Assembly (NCBI RefSeq): GCF_053078305.1
Contig: NZ_CP166879.1
Strand: one strand, 5' to 3'
Length of the DNA: 64,000 nt
Shown here piece by piece: positions 10,674 to 22,043 of the stretch. Position 1 is the first letter of the stretch. Every line of letters begins with the position of its first letter. Position numbers and translations under genes: made by a program. The notes under the pieces are model-generated. The model did no database searches. It saw only the letters and a program-made list of their open reading frames with translations, and was not told the origin of the DNA.

Positions 10674-13600
10674 TTACGCCTCCTCTTCATGACGGGCAAA
10701 GCGGCTTTTGGTCCACAATGCCAGACGGTCAAACAGCAGATAAATCACCGGCGTGGTGAACAGCGTCAGCACCTGGCTGACAATCAGGCCGCCGACCATG
10801 CCGATACCTAACGGACGACGCAGTTCCGCGCCGACCCCGGTACTCAACATCAGCGGCAGCGCGCCAAGCAGAGCCGCCAGGGTGGTCATCAGGATCGGAC
10901 GAAAACGCAACAGACAAGCCTGGTAGATTGCATCGCGCGGCGACATGCCTTGCTCGCGCTCAGCAGCCAGCGCGAAGTCGATCATCATGATGGCGTTCTT
11001 CTTCACGATACCGATCAGCAAAATAATGCCGATAATTGCGATCACATCCAGTTCGCTACCGGCAATCAGTAACGCCAGCAGTGCGCCGACCCCTGCCGTG
11101 GGCAACGTCGAGAGAATGGTGATTGGATGAATAAAGCTCTCGTACAGAATGCCGAGCACGATATACATCGCCACCACCGCCGCGACAATCAGCCAGACAG
11201 TGCTGCCCAGCGCCGACTGGAAGGCGAGGGTGCTGCCCTGGAACTGCGTGGTGATATCCACCGGCAGATTCAGCGTCTTTTCGGTGTCCATAATCGCCTG
11301 CACCGCATCGCCCAGCGAATAGTTATCTGGCACGTTAAAGGAGATGGTCGTTACCGGGAACTGATCCAGATGGTTGATGGAGAGCGGTGCAAAACGCTGC
11401 TCAATTTTGGCAATCGAACTTAGCGGAACCACGCCACCGTCGCTGCTGGTCAGGCGAATAGTATCCAGCGCCGCAAGCCCTGGGGTATTTTCGGTGTTGT
11501 GCTCCAGCACCACGCGATACTGGTTAGCCTGAGTATAAATAGTGGAAATCAGCCGCTGACCAAATGCGTTGTACAGGGCGTTATCGACGTCCGCCATGCT
11601 GATCCCCAGACGGCTGGCGCTGTCGCGATCAACATTGACATACGCCACCAGCCCTTTGTCCTGCCAGTCGCTGGAGACATCAGAAAGCTGTGGCAGCTGC
11701 TGGAGTTTTTCCATCAACTGTGGCACCCAGGTACTGAGCGCATCCAGTGACGTGGCCTGCAAGGTAAACTGGTACTGGGTGCGGCTGACCTGAGTATCAA
11801 TAGTCAGATCCTGCGTTGGTTGCAGGAAGAGATCGATGCCCGGCACTTTATCCACCGCCGTTTGCAGACGGGCGATGACTTTTTGCACCCGATCATCACG
11901 TTCATCCAGCGGTTTGAGGTTGATCTGTAAACGCGCACTGTTCAGCGACGGGTTAGTGCCATCAACGCCCACAAATGAGGTCAGACTTTGCACTGCCGGA
12001 TCCTGCAAAATCACGTCCGCGACCTGGCGTTGCCGCTGGGCCATATTGGCAAAGGAGCTGGATTGCGGTGCCTGCAAAGTGCCCTGAATAATGCCGTTAT
12101 CCTGTACCGGGAAGAAACCTTTCGGAATGAACACCCACAATAGAACGCTAAGCAGCAGCGTGCTGAGCGCCACGCTTAAGGTCAGCCACGGATGATTCAG
12201 CACTTTCGTTAGTCCACGACCATAGGCGGCGATTATCCTGTCGAACATTCTTTCCGAGGCACGGGAGAAGCGGTTCTGTTTACGCAGCGACTCCTGGCTG
12301 AGCATCCGTGCGCACATCATCGGTGTCAGGGTTAGCGACACCACGGCTGAGATTAAAATCGCTACCGCCAGGGTAATAGCAAATTCGCGGAACAGTCGCC
12401 CGACGATATCGCCCATAAACAGCAGTGGGATCAACACCGCAATCAGCGAGAAGGTCAGCGAGATAATGGTAAAGCCGATTTCACCTGCGCCTTTGAGCGC
12501 CGCCGCCAACGGTTTTTCGCCTTTTTCGATATAGCGGGAAATATTTTCGATCACCACGATGGCGTCATCGACCACGAACCCGGTGGCGATAGTTAACGCC
12601 ATCAGCGTCAGGTTATTGATTGAAAAATCGAGAAACACCATGACCGCGAAGGTGCCGATTAACGACAGCGGCACTGCGACGCCGGGAATGATGGTCGCCG
12701 GAATATTGCGCAAAAACAGGTAGATAATCATTACTACCAGCGCGATAGCCATCATCAATTCAAACTGAGTATCGTCGACGGATGCGCGGATATTGGTGGT
12801 ACGGTCAGAAAGTACCGTCACCTTCACCGATTTCGGCAAACTCTCGGTGAGCTGTGGCAGCATCTGCCGGATGCTGTCGGCGGTGGAGATAATGTTAGCA
12901 CCGGGCTGGCGCTGAACATTCATCACAATGGCCTGTTCTTTGTTCGCCCATGCGCCGAGCCAGCTGTTTTCTGCACCTTGCTCTACAGTTGCGACATCGC
13001 CCAGACGAATCGGCGCGCCGTTCTGGTAGGCGATGATTAGCTGGCGATACTCTTCGGCGGATTGCATCTGGTCGTTAGCGGAAAGCGTGACCGCACGGGA
13101 AGGGCCGTCGAGGCTACCTTTTGCCGAGTTAACGTTAGCGCCGGTAATGGCGGTTCGCACGGTTTCGCTGGTCAGGCCGAGGGCGGCAATCGCCTGAGCG
13201 TTAAGTTTGACGCGAACAGCCGGACGCTGGCCGCCGGAAAGCGTCACCAGGCCGACGCCGGAAATCTGCGAGATTTTCTGCGCGACGCGGGTTTCCACCA
13301 TATCTTCCACTTGCGTCATCGGCATGGCTGTTGAGGTGACGGCGAGCGTCATGATCGGCGGATCTGCCGGGTTCACTTTGCTGTAAACCGGCGGGTTAGG
13401 CAGATCGCTCGGCAACAAGTTGGTCGCAGCGTTAATCGCGGCCTGCACTTCCTGCTCGGCGACATCGAGCGGTAATGTTAGCTGGAACTGTAAAGTGATA
13501 ACTGACGCACCGCCGGAACTTTGCGACGACATCTGTTTCAGGCCAGACATCTGCCCGAACTGGCGTTCGAGCGGCGCGGTAACGGCAGAGGTCATGACAT

Positions 13601-13796
13601 CCGGGCTCGCACCTGGGTAGAGCGTGACCACCTGAATGGTCGGATAGTCCACTTCCGGCAGCGCCGAAACGGGCAGGGCGCGATAACCGATAATCCCGGC
13701 GAGTAAGATCGCCACCATCAGCAGCGTGGTGGCCACAGGACGCATAATAAACAGGCGCGACGGGCCACCTGTGCTGCTCGGGGGTAACACCTGCAT
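10674..13796 (-). CDS. mdtB: RND efflux pump subunit MdtB
   Basis: 1040-aa RND transporter ORF. Confidence 0.95.
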   Translation of the reverse strand: MQVLPPSSTGGPSRLFIMRPVATTLLMVAILLAGIIGYRALPVSALPEVDYPTIQVVTLYPGASPDVMTSAVTAPLERQFGQMSGLKQMSSQSSGGASVITLQFQLTLPLDVAEQEVQAAINAATNLLPSDLPNPPVYSKVNPADPPIMTLAVTSTAMPMTQVEDMVETRVAQKISQISGVGLVTLSGGQRPAVRVKLNAQAIAALGLTSETVRTAITGANVNSAKGSLDGPSRAVTLSANDQMQSAEEYRQLIIAYQNGAPIRLGDVATVEQGAENSWLGAWANKEQAIVMNVQRQPGANIISTADSIRQMLPQLTESLPKSVKVTVLSDRTTNIRASVDDTQFELMMAIALVVMIIYLFLRNIPATIIPGVAVPLSLIGTFAVMVFLDFSINNLTLMALTIATGFVVDDAIVVIENISRYIEKGEKPLAAALKGAGEIGFTIISLTFSLIAVLIPLLFMGDIVGRLFREFAITLAVAILISAVVSLTLTPMMCARMLSQESLRKQNRFSRASERMFDRIIAAYGRGLTKVLNHPWLTLSVALSTLLLSVLLWVFIPKGFFPVQDNGIIQGTLQAPQSSSFANMAQRQRQVADVILQDPAVQSLTSFVGVDGTNPSLNSARLQINLKPLDERDDRVQKVIARLQTAVDKVPGIDLFLQPTQDLTIDTQVSRTQYQFTLQATSLDALSTWVPQLMEKLQQLPQLSDVSSDWQDKGLVAYVNVDRDSASRLGISMADVDNALYNAFGQRLISTIYTQANQYRVVLEHNTENTPGLAALDTIRLTSSDGGVVPLSSIAKIEQRFAPLSINHLDQFPVTTISFNVPDNYSLGDAVQAIMDTEKTLNLPVDITTQFQGSTLAFQSALGSTVWLIVAAVVAMYIVLGILYESFIHPITILSTLPTAGVGALLALLIAGSELDVIAIIGIILLIGIVKKNAIMMIDFALAAEREQGMSPRDAIYQACLLRFRPILMTTLAALLGALPLMLSTGVGAELRRPLGIGMVGGLIVSQVLTLFTTPVIYLLFDRLALWTKSRFARHEEEA

Positions 13797-15043
13797 CAGG
13801 AGCGAGCTCCTTTTTTCGCGTATTCGCGGCTGGTGGCTTTCTCTTCCGGAGTGGTGGCGCTCTGGGCTTCCACCACTTCCACTTTCGCCCCTTCGGTCAG
13901 GCGATCAATGCCGTCTGTCACCACGCGATCGCCCGCAGAAATACCTGCGCGGATCACCACTTTCTGACTGTCCTGAATGCCCGGCGTCACCAGATGTTTG
14001 CTGACCTTGTTTTCGCTATTCAGCACCCAGACAAAATGGCCTTCATTGCCCATTTGCAGGGCGGCTGTTGGGATCACTACGGCGTTTTGTTCGGTGTCGA
14101 CTAACATGCGCGCGTTAACAAACTGATTGGGAAACAGCGCATCATCCTGATTATTAAAGCGTGCTTTCACTTTAATCGTACCGGTAGTGGCATCGATTTG
14201 GTTATCGAGACTTAACAGCGTGCCTTCACTTAATTTCTTTGAATTGGTGCGATCCCAGGCTTCTACCACCAGCGGTTTTCCGGATTTCTGCGCCTGCACG
14301 ACGGTAGCGATATCGCTTTCCGGCAGGGTAAAGAGCAAATCGATAGGATGCGTCTGGGTGATCACCACGATCCCGGTGGTATCACCACTGGAGATTTGGT
14401 TACCAACATCAACCTGCTTGAGACCAACGCGACCATCGACTGGTGCGGTGATGCGGCTCCAGTCGAGTTGCAGCTGCGCGCTGGCGACGCTTGCTTCATC
14501 AGCCTTAATGGTGCCTTCGGTTTCACTGACCAGTGCCTGTTGGGCATCCAGCTCCTGACGGGATACGAGATTGGTTTTTGCCAGTTGCTGATAACGCGCC
14601 AGATCACGGCGGGCGTTAGCAAGCGTGGCTTTATCTTTTGCCAGTTGGCCCTGGGCTTGTGCTAATGCAACTTTGAACTGGCTGGGGTCAATTTCTGCCA
14701 GTAAATCGCCTGCTTTGACCTGCTGGCCTTCCTGGAAATGTAACGCCATCAGTTGACCATCCACGCGGCTGCGCACCGTAACAGTATTAGCGGCGGTAAT
14801 GGTGCCAAGCCCGGTGAGGTAACGCGGAACTGCCTGTTCTACGGCGGTCGCCGCCTGAACCGGGGCTAATGGGCCGGAACGCATACCACGGCGACCACCC
14901 GCAGGTGGGTGCTGCGCTTGTTTCGTCGCACCTGGTGCTGCGCTCTGGGGTTCATTGCGGCCTTGCCAGAACCAGAATGCGGCGATGGCGGCGATAACCA
15001 CCACGATTACGATTACCCAACGGGATTTATAACTGCCTTTCAT
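13796..15043 (-). CDS. mdtA: RND membrane-fusion protein MdtA (415 aa from ATG at 15043)
   Basis: ORF-track frame 13796..15190; homolog start [15 protein letters not shown]... Confidence 0.9.
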   Translation of the reverse strand: MKGSYKSRWVIVIVVVIAAIAAFWFWQGRNEPQSAAPGATKQAQHPPAGGRRGMRSGPLAPVQAATAVEQAVPRYLTGLGTITAANTVTVRSRVDGQLMALHFQEGQQVKAGDLLAEIDPSQFKVALAQAQGQLAKDKATLANARRDLARYQQLAKTNLVSRQELDAQQALVSETEGTIKADEASVASAQLQLDWSRITAPVDGRVGLKQVDVGNQISSGDTTGIVVITQTHPIDLLFTLPESDIATVVQAQKSGKPLVVEAWDRTNSKKLSEGTLLSLDNQIDATTGTIKVKARFNNQDDALFPNQFVNARMLVDTEQNAVVIPTAALQMGNEGHFVWVLNSENKVSKHLVTPGIQDSQKVVIRAGISAGDRVVTDGIDRLTEGAKVEVVEAQSATTPEEKATSREYAKKGARS

Positions 15044-15096
15044 CGTTAAGAGTTTCTCTTCCTGAAACGTTTCGCGGAATGATACTAGTGTAGCCA

Positions 15097-15114
15097 GCCA
15101 ATAAGGGAGAAAAA
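15097..15114 (-). promoter_or_regulatory. BaeR box upstream of mdtA
   Basis: Minus-strand TTTTTCTCCCTTATTGGC vs recalled consensus TTTTTCTCCATDATTGGC, ~55 bp upstream of mdtA start. Confidence 0.5.
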
Positions 15115-15284
15115 TGGAGGAATTATGAAACACTGTCGGGAATCGTCTGAATGGCGGGCACATTTGCGAGCACGCATCCAGTAATAACACAGGAAACTAT
15201 TTTATCTACGCGTTAGCGATAGACTGCATGCATGGCGAAAGGAGGTAAGCCGACGATTTCAGCGGGATGCTGAAACGGGAAAGC

Positions 15285-15425
15285 CCCTCCCGAGGAAGGG
15301 GTCTTAAATAAGGAAAGGGTCATGATGAAGATACTCATCATCGTGGTGCTCTTAGTGATTAGCTACCCAGCATACTAAGACTACCAGGGCGGGGGAAACC
15401 CCGCTCTACCCTCACTCCTGAAAGT
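15285..15425 (-). ncRNA. Sib antisense sRNA (antitoxin) copy 1, boundaries approximate
   Basis: Inferred from Ibs/Sib architecture: antisense RNA covering ibs ORF and 5' UTR; boundaries not determinable by eye. Confidence 0.4.
15322..15378 (+). CDS. ibsB: Ibs-family type I toxin peptide (MMKILIIVVLLVISYPAY), IbsB-like
   Basis: ATGATGAAG...TACTAA with AGGAAAGGG RBS; not in ORF track (under 60 aa). Confidence 0.7.
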   Translation: MMKILIIVVLLVISYPAY

Positions 15426-15612
15426 ATGCCTTCACGTTCAGAATGTCAATCCGCAGGCTTTGCAGTCTGCGATCCTGCCAGCAAATATTCTTTGCGAGAC
15501 GTTACGCAATAATAACACAGGAAACTATTTTATCTACGCGTTAGCGATAGACTGAATTCAGGGCGAAAGGAGGTAAGCCGACGATTTCAGCGGGACGCTG
15601 AAACGGGAAAGC

Positions 15613-15753
15613 CCCTCCCGAGGAAGGGGCCTTAAATAAGGAAAGGGTCATGATGAAGTGGATCATCATCGTGGTGCGCTTAGTCATAAGCTTCCCGGCT
15701 TACTAAGACTACCAGGGCGGGGGAAACCCCGCTCTACCCTCACTCCTGAAAGT
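15613..15753 (-). ncRNA. Sib antisense sRNA copy 2, boundaries approximate
   Basis: As copy 1. Confidence 0.4.
15650..15706 (+). CDS. Ibs-family peptide variant (MMKWIIIVVRLVISFPAY) with Arg inside the hydrophobic core
   Basis: Same repeat position and RBS as copies 1 and 3; charged substitution may impair toxicity. Confidence 0.55.
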   Translation: MMKWIIIVVRLVISFPAY

Positions 15754-15941
15754 ATGCCTTCACGATAAGATTGTCAATCTGCAGGCTTTGCAGTCTGCGA
15801 TCCTGCCAGCAAATATTCTTTGCGAGTCGTTACGCAATAATCATAGAGGGAACTATTTTGTTCACGCGTTAGCGATAGACTGCATTCAGGGCGAAAGGAG
15901 GTAAGCCGACGATTTCAGCGGGACGCTGAAACGGGAAACAC

Positions 15942-16085
15942 TCTCCCGGAGAAGAGGGCTTTTAATAAGGAAAGGGTTATGATGAAGCACGTCATCATAC
16001 TGGTGATACTCTTGGTGATTAGCTTCCAGGCTTACTAAGAACACCAGGGGGAGGGGGAAACCTCTCCCTAACCCTCACTCCTGAA
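15942..16085 (-). ncRNA. Sib antisense sRNA copy 3, boundaries approximate
   Basis: As copy 1. Confidence 0.4.
15979..16038 (+). CDS. ibsA: Ibs-family type I toxin peptide (MMKHVIILVILLVISFQAY), IbsA-like
   Basis: One substitution vs recalled IbsA MMKHVIILVILLVISFPAY. Confidence 0.7.
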   Translation: MMKHVIILVILLVISFQAY

Positions 16086-16258
16086 ATTATGTCACTCCGC
16101 CCTTAGTGTCAATCGACGGCTCTCCGTTCTTGCGAGGCGAATAGCAAAATTTTCTGCGCCGCCGGGCCTAATTCTGAAAGTTTCTTCGTTTGCTCTTATT
16201 TCATTATTGCAATCGGTATGATACCGGACCTCAATAATTCTCTAAGAAAGGATTTCTT

Positions 16259-16918
16259 ATGAGCGAACAAATCACGTTTGCCACCAGCGATTTTGCCAGT
16301 AACCCGGAACCACGTTGCCCCTGCATTTTGCTGCTGGATGTTTCTGGTTCGATGAACGGTAGACCCATTAATGAACTTAACGCCGGATTGGTTACCTTTC
16401 GCGATGAGCTGCTTGCCGACCCGCTGGCCTTAAAAAGAGTGGAACTTGGTATTGTGACGTTCGGCCCGGTGCATGTGGAACAACCCTTTACCAGCGCCGC
16501 TAATTTTTTCCCGCCCATCCTGTTTGCCCAGGGCGATACACCAATGGGTGCCGCCATTACCAAAGCCCTGGATATGGTAGAGGAGCGGAAACGTGAGTAT
16601 CGTGCAAATGGTATTTCGTATTATCGCCCGTGGATTTTCCTGATCACCGATGGTGCACCAACCGATGAGTGGCAGGCTGCCGCCAACAAAGTGTTTCAGG
16701 GGGAAGAAGATAAGAAGTTTGCCTTCTTTTCCATCGGTGTTCAGGGGGCGGATATTAAGACTCTGGCACAAATCAGCGTTCGTCAGCCTTTGCCACTGCA
16801 GGGATTACAATTCCGTGAACTGTTTAGCTGGTTATCCAGTTCGCTGCGTTCGGTTTCCCGCTCCACGCCGGGAACGGAAGTTGTGCTGGAAGCGCCAAAA
16901 GGCTGGACGTCAGTTTGA
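16259..16918 (+). CDS. yegL: von Willebrand factor A (vWA) domain protein YegL
   Basis: 219-aa ORF; MIDAS-like DVSGSM motif. Confidence 0.9.
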   Translation: MSEQITFATSDFASNPEPRCPCILLLDVSGSMNGRPINELNAGLVTFRDELLADPLALKRVELGIVTFGPVHVEQPFTSAANFFPPILFAQGDTPMGAAITKALDMVEERKREYRANGISYYRPWIFLITDGAPTDEWQAAANKVFQGEEDKKFAFFSIGVQGADIKTLAQISVRQPLPLQGLQFRELFSWLSSSLRSVSRSTPGTEVVLEAPKGWTSV

Positions 16919-17676
16919 GCTGGCGTCTGGTTTATGCATCCGCTGTTGGAACGTCGCACATTAGCGCTGATTTACCTTGTCAGGATGCCTGCCAGATGCA
17001 GGTTGCCTGGCTAAATGACCAGCAGCCATTACTGGTGATGTTCCTTGCTGATGGCGCAGGCAGTGTCTCGCAGGGTGGCGAAGGCGCGATGCTTGCCATC
17101 AATGAAGCGATGGCTTATGTGTCGCAAAAAGTGCAGCACGGTGAATTTGGACTCAATGATATCCTCGCCACGGATATTGTGCTGACCGTTCGTCAGCGAC
17201 TTTTTGCCGAGGCAGAAGCCAAAGCATTAGCAGTTCGCGATTTTGCCTGCACGTTTCTGGGATTGATTTCATCGGCTAACGGCACCTTGATTATGCAAAT
17301 TGGCGACGGCGGTGTAGTGGTGGATTTTGGTCGTGGTCTGGAACTGCCGCTTACGCCGATGGTGGGTGAATATGCCAATATGACGCATTTCATTAGCGAT
17401 GAAGATGCTGTTTCCAGACTGGAAACTTTCACCAGCACTGAGCGTGCGCATAAAGTTGCAGCATTTACGGATGGTATTCAGCGACTGGCGTTAAATATGC
17501 TGGATAATTCTCCGCATGTGCCTTTCTTTACCCCGTTTTTCAATGGACTGGCGGCAGCAACGCAGGAACAACTCGATTTATTACCTGAATTGTTAAAGCA
17601 GTTTTTGTCGAGCCCGGCGGTAAACGAGCGTACCGATGATGATAAAACGTTGGCACTGGCGCTGTGGTTACCATGA
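16915..17676 (+). CDS. yegK: PP2C-family Ser/Thr phosphatase YegK
   Basis: 253-aa [10 protein letters not shown]...GGEGA / IGDGG motifs; 4-bp overlap with yegL. Confidence 0.9.
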   Translation: MSWRLVYASAVGTSHISADLPCQDACQMQVAWLNDQQPLLVMFLADGAGSVSQGGEGAMLAINEAMAYVSQKVQHGEFGLNDILATDIVLTVRQRLFAEAEAKALAVRDFACTFLGLISSANGTLIMQIGDGGVVVDFGRGLELPLTPMVGEYANMTHFISDEDAVSRLETFTSTERAHKVAAFTDGIQRLALNMLDNSPHVPFFTPFFNGLAAATQEQLDLLPELLKQFLSSPAVNERTDDDKTLALALWLP

Positions 17677-19613
17677 AACCCACTTTATATACTGCTACTG
17701 GTGAGTGCATTACGCCAGGCCGTGAACTGGGCAAAGGTGGCGAAGGCGCGGTTTATGATATCAATGAGTTTGTCGATAGCGTCGCCAAGATTTATCACAC
17801 GCCGCCACCCGCCTTAAAACAGGACAAACTTGCCTTTATGGCTGCGACAGCTGACGCGCAGTTGTTGAATTATGTCGCCTGGCCGCAGGCAACGCTTCAC
17901 GGTGGACGAGGCGGAAAAGTTATCGGTTTTATGATGCCAAAAGTTTCTGGTAAAGAACCGATTCATATGATCTATAGCCCGGCACATCGTCGCCAGAGTT
18001 ACCCTCATTGTGCGTGGGATTTTCTACTCTATGTTGCGCGCAATATTGCTTCATCTTTTGCTACGGTTCACGAGCACGGGCACGTCGTGGGTGACGTAAA
18101 CCAGAACAGCTTTATGGTAGGTCGCGACAGCAAAGTGGTGTTGATTGATAGCGACTCCTTTCAGATTAACGCTAATGGCACGTTGCATTTATGCGAAGTT
18201 GGCGTGTCGCATTTTACGCCGCCAGAGCTACAAACCTTGCCATCATTTGTCGGCTTTGAACGCACCGCGAATCACGATAATTTTGGCCTTGCGTTGCTGA
18301 TTTTTCACGTCTTGTTTGGTGGGCGGCATCCTTATTCTGGTGTGCCGCTTATCTCTGATGCGGGTAATGCGCTGGAGACGGATATTGCCCATTTCCGTTA
18401 TGCCTACGCGTCAGATAATCAGCGGCGTGGTTTAAAACCGCCGCCACGATCTATTCCGCTGTCGATGTTACCGGGCGATGTTGAAGCCATGTTTCAGCAG
18501 GCATTCACGGAAAGTGGCGTGGCAACGGGGCGTCCGACGGCTAAAGCGTGGGTAGCGGCACTGGACTCTCTACGCCAACAGTTAAAGAAATGTACCGTTT
18601 CAGCAATGCATGTTTACCCCGCTCATTTGACTGATTGCCCGTGGTGTACGCTGGATAATCAAGGCGTTATCTATTTTATTGATCTCGGCGAAGAGGTCAT
18701 TACCACCAGTGGTGATTTTGTGCTGGCGAAAGTCTGGGCGATGGTGATGGCGTCAGTAGCACCGCCAGCATTGCAATTGCCATTACCCGATCATTTCCAA
18801 CCGACTGGCAGGCCGCTTCCTTTAGGCCTGTTACGGCGCGAATACATCATTCTGATTGAGATCGCACTGTCAGCGTTATCGCTGTTGCTTTGCGGCCTTC
18901 AGGCAGAACCGCGTTATATTATTTTGGTTCCTGTGCTGGCGGCTATCTGGATTATTGGCAGTCTGACAAGCAAAGCTTATAAAGCAGAAATCCAGCAACG
19001 CCGTGAGGCATTTAATCGCGCGAAAATGGACTATGACCATTTAGTCAGCCAGATCCAACAGTTGGGCGGGCTGGAAGGTTTTATCGCCAAACGGACGATG
19101 CTCGAAAAAATGAAGGACGAAATGCTCGGGTTACCGGAAGAAGAAAAACGTGCTCTGGCAGCACTTCACGACACCGCAAGGGAACGGCAGAAGCAGAAGT
19201 TTCTGGAGGGATTTTTTATTGATGTTGCCTCTATTCCCGGCGTTGGCCCTGCGCGTAAAGCGGCGTTACGGTCCTTTGGTATTGAAACAGCAGCGGATGT
19301 TACCCGTCGTGGGGTTAAGCAAGTGAAAGGGTTTGGTGATCATCTGACCCAGGCAGTTATCGACTGGAAAGCAAGTTGCGAACGCCGTTTTGTGTTCAGG
19401 CCGAATGAAGCGGTAACGCCAGCAGACAGACAAGCGGTAATGGCGAAAATGACCGCCAAACGACATCGGCTGGAATCGACGTTGACTGTCGGCGCGACAG
19501 AGTTGCAGCGATTTCGCCTTCATGCTCCAGCACGGACCATGCCGTTGATGGAACCTTTACGTCAGGCGGCAGAAAAACTGGCTCAGGCGCAAGCAGATTT
19601 AAGCCGCTGCTGA
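17664..19613 (+). CDS. yegI: atypical Ser/Thr protein kinase YegI
   Basis: 649-aa ORF; kinase-like N-terminal domain (HGHVVGDVNQNS, IDSDSF), C-terminal TM and coiled-coil region; 13-bp overlap with yegK. Confidence 0.9.
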   Translation: MVTMKPTLYTATGECITPGRELGKGGEGAVYDINEFVDSVAKIYHTPPPALKQDKLAFMAATADAQLLNYVAWPQATLHGGRGGKVIGFMMPKVSGKEPIHMIYSPAHRRQSYPHCAWDFLLYVARNIASSFATVHEHGHVVGDVNQNSFMVGRDSKVVLIDSDSFQINANGTLHLCEVGVSHFTPPELQTLPSFVGFERTANHDNFGLALLIFHVLFGGRHPYSGVPLISDAGNALETDIAHFRYAYASDNQRRGLKPPPRSIPLSMLPGDVEAMFQQAFTESGVATGRPTAKAWVAALDSLRQQLKKCTVSAMHVYPAHLTDCPWCTLDNQGVIYFIDLGEEVITTSGDFVLAKVWAMVMASVAPPALQLPLPDHFQPTGRPLPLGLLRREYIILIEIALSALSLLLCGLQAEPRYIILVPVLAAIWIIGSLTSKAYKAEIQQRREAFNRAKMDYDHLVSQIQQLGGLEGFIAKRTMLEKMKDEMLGLPEEEKRALAALHDTARERQKQKFLEGFFIDVASIPGVGPARKAALRSFGIETAADVTRRGVKQVKGFGDHLTQAVIDWKASCERRFVFRPNEAVTPADRQAVMAKMTAKRHRLESTLTVGATELQRFRLHAPARTMPLMEPLRQAAEKLAQAQADLSRC

Positions 19614-19625
19614 GCCATTTTTCAA

Positions 19626-20978
19626 TTAACGAAACACCACTTCCGCCCAGCGTGCCAGCCCGGCGGTGACGGAGCCAAAGTCATCGCCGCCTGCAATCGG
19701 AATGCCCGGCAACTGTTCTGCCAGCGCTTTTTTAATCAGCGGCGAACGGGCGCTACCGCCGGTCAGGTAGATGACATCCGGTTTTTCCTGGGCGTTATCC
19801 AGGGCCAGTTGCACCTGTTCCAGAATCCGCGCCAGTGGCTGGCTGAGGGCGCTTTCCAGCCCTTGCTGGCTAATCAGCGTAGCCAGTTCATCGCTGATAA
19901 ACGGCAGTGAGGCGCGGATTTCCGCTACGCTTGAAAGAGCAATTTTGCACTCTTCTGCGCTACGCACCAGGCGATAGCTTAAACGCTGACGCCAGACTTT
20001 CTGTAGCAGGGCCACTTTTTCCGGTTCGCGGGCATCGCGTACCAGATCGTTAAGCAGACGACCGTTGGCACTACTGTAGAAATCACTCTGCGCAGGAACG
20101 TCGTTGATGGCAACCGCATTCCACCACGGCAGAATCGGCAGGGCGATGCCTTTTTCGGTTTCGCCGCCCATGCCCAGTAACGGCATCAGGTTTTTAAACG
20201 CCAGCGCGATATCCAGATCGTTACCGCCAATACGGCAACCACTGTGACCCAGCAGGCTGGCTTCACGATCGAGACGCGAACGCCACTGCGGCCCCATCAG
20301 CAGCAATGAACAGTCAGTCGTACCACCGCCGATATCCACCACCAGCACCCGTTTTTCTTCCTGCAAAGTCGCTTCGTAATCCAGCCCTGCCGCTACCGGC
20401 TCGTACTGGAATACCACATCCTTAAACCCGGCACGCTTCGCCGCGCGTTCCAGAATCCCTTGCGCCTGGGCGTTTGCTTCATCGCCGCCCAGCCCCTGGA
20501 AGTTGATCGGGCGACCAATCACCGCCTGAGTAATCGCTTCTGGCAGCTGCGCCTGCGCCTGCTGGCGAATGTGCAACATCATTGCGCAGACCAGATCCTC
20601 AAACAGCGCTACCTGCTGCGGTTTTAAGCCGCTGGCACCGAGGAACGATTTTGGTGATTTCACAAACCACACTTCTTCTGGATCATCAATGTACTGTGCC
20701 AGTGAGGAAAGACCGAACTGCACGCTTTTCGCCGTAACATCGATATCTTCTTCGCGGTTATAACGAATCGCCCGACGCAACAGCGCCTGCGTTTCATCGT
20801 CGTCTGCCGGAACATCATGATGGCGGTACAGCCATTCGCTTACCGCTTCACGCGTTGGCGCGCAAAGCATTGAAGGCAGCAGCGTGCTGTCGTTTTCCAT
20901 TTTTAGCAAGTGCGGTTTACCGTCACGCATGACCGCCACTGAACAGTTTGCTGTACCGTAATCAAAACCAATAAACAC
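19626..20978 (-). CDS. yegD: Hsp70-like actin-fold ATPase YegD (450 aa from GTG)
   Basis: ORF-track frame 19626..21041; ...FIGFDYGTANCSVAVM... and DIGGGTTD motifs. Confidence 0.9.
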   Translation of the reverse strand: MFIGFDYGTANCSVAVMRDGKPHLLKMENDSTLLPSMLCAPTREAVSEWLYRHHDVPADDDETQALLRRAIRYNREEDIDVTAKSVQFGLSSLAQYIDDPEEVWFVKSPKSFLGASGLKPQQVALFEDLVCAMMLHIRQQAQAQLPEAITQAVIGRPINFQGLGGDEANAQAQGILERAAKRAGFKDVVFQYEPVAAGLDYEATLQEEKRVLVVDIGGGTTDCSLLLMGPQWRSRLDREASLLGHSGCRIGGNDLDIALAFKNLMPLLGMGGETEKGIALPILPWWNAVAINDVPAQSDFYSSANGRLLNDLVRDAREPEKVALLQKVWRQRLSYRLVRSAEECKIALSSVAEIRASLPFISDELATLISQQGLESALSQPLARILEQVQLALDNAQEKPDVIYLTGGSARSPLIKKALAEQLPGIPIAGGDDFGSVTAGLARWAEVVFR

Positions 20979-21049
20979 GAAATAATCCCCATGCCGGTGA
21001 AGAAGGGGCGTGACTTTAGCGAAATGTTGCCGTCGCGACAACCGGAATA

Positions 21050-21063
21050 TGAAAGCAAAGCGC
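21050..21063 (+). promoter_or_regulatory. Ada box (AAAGCGCA with upstream A-tract) in alkA promoter
   Basis: GAAAGCAAAGCGCA about 50 bp upstream of alkA ATG. Confidence 0.5.
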
Positions 21064-21111
21064 AGCGTCTGAATAACGTTTATGCTGAAAGCGGATAAAC
21101 AAGGAGATGCG

Positions 21112-21960
21112 ATGTATACCCTGAACTGGCAGCCGCCGTATGACTGGTCGTGGATGTTGGGATTTCTCGCCGCCCGTGCAGTGAGTGGTGTGGAAACGGT
21201 CGCGGACAGTTATTATGCCCGTAGTCTGGCGGTGGGCGAATATCGCGGCGTGGTGACTGCTATTCCGGATATAGCCCGCCATACTCTGCACATAAATTTA
21301 AGTGCAGATTTAGAACCCGTTGCCGCTGAGTGTCTGGCGAAAATGAGCCGCCTGCTTGATCTGCAATGTAACCCGCAGATTGTTAACGGTGCGTTGGGCA
21401 AGTTAGGCGCGGCGCGGCCCGGATTGCGTTTACCCGGCAGTGTTGATGCTTTTGAGCAGGGCGTGCGGGCGATTTTAGGCCAACTGGTGAGCGTGGCGAT
21501 GGCGGCAAAATTGACCGCCAGAGTGGCACAGCTTTATGGCGAACGGCTGGATGATTTTCCGGAGTATATCTGCTTCCCCACGCCTCAGCGGCTGGCAGCA
21601 GCCGACCCGCAGGCATTAAAAGCGTTAGGCATGCCGTTGAAACGGGCAGAGGCACTGATTCATCTGGCAAATGCGGCGCTGGAGGGCAGCTTACCAATGA
21701 CAATTCCGGGCGATGTGGAGCAGGCGATGAAAACGCTGCAAACTTTTCCGGGTATCGGGCGCTGGACGGCGAATTATTTCGCCTTGCGCGGCTGGCAGGC
21801 GAAAGATGTTTTCCTGCCGGATGATTATCTGATTAAACAGCGATTTCCGGGAATGACACCGGCACAAATCCGCCGTTATGCCGAGCGCTGGAAGCCCTGG
21901 CGTTCTTATGCGCTGTTGCATATCTGGTATACGGAAGGCTGGCAGCCAGACGAAGCATGA
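21112..21960 (+). CDS. alkA: 3-methyladenine DNA glycosylase II AlkA
   Basis: 282 aa from MYTLNWQPPYDWSWMLGFLAARAVS...; ORF-track frame starts at 21082. Confidence 0.9.
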   Translation: MYTLNWQPPYDWSWMLGFLAARAVSGVETVADSYYARSLAVGEYRGVVTAIPDIARHTLHINLSADLEPVAAECLAKMSRLLDLQCNPQIVNGALGKLGAARPGLRLPGSVDAFEQGVRAILGQLVSVAMAAKLTARVAQLYGERLDDFPEYICFPTPQRLAAADPQALKALGMPLKRAEALIHLANAALEGSLPMTIPGDVEQAMKTLQTFPGIGRWTANYFALRGWQAKDVFLPDDYLIKQRFPGMTPAQIRRYAERWKPWRSYALLHIWYTEGWQPDEA

Positions 21961-22010
21961 CGTTGGTCGCCGGAAGCGGTGCGAGCGCCTTGCGGAATGA
22001 GCGATTTGTA

Positions 22011-22043
22011 GGCCTGATAAGACGCGTTAGCGTCGCATCAGGC
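22011..22043. repeat. REP element (GCCTGATAAGACGCG...CGTCGCATCAGGC)
   Basis: Characteristic palindromic REP sequence read directly. Confidence 0.6.

Larger units (their letters stand above)
15183..16165. repeat. three tandem ~328-bp Ibs/Sib (type I toxin-antitoxin) repeat units
   Basis: Units begin AATAACACAGGAAACTATTTTATCTACGCGTTAGCGATAGACTG at 15183, 15511 and ~15837; each carries an 18-19 codon hydrophobic ORF. Confidence 0.8.

Noticed and set aside
7444-13706. Many 60-200-aa plus-strand ORFs inside mdtB/mdtC/mdtD (e.g. 7444..8055, 9154..9438, 13062..13334)
   Set aside because: All lie antisense within well-supported long efflux-pump ORFs and have no RBS or recognisable motifs; treated as shadow ORFs.
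15125-15184. 19-codon plus-strand ORF ([19 protein letters not shown]) with GGAGG 4 nt upstream, divergent from mdtA
   Set aside because: Too short and unconserved to call from sequence alone; overlaps the BaeR-box promoter region, so the SD-like motif may be promoter sequence.
15183-16165. Tandem direct repeats that could superficially suggest a CRISPR array
   Set aside because: Period is ~328 bp, units contain small ORFs with RBS and match the Ibs/Sib architecture; no short repeat-spacer structure and no cas genes.
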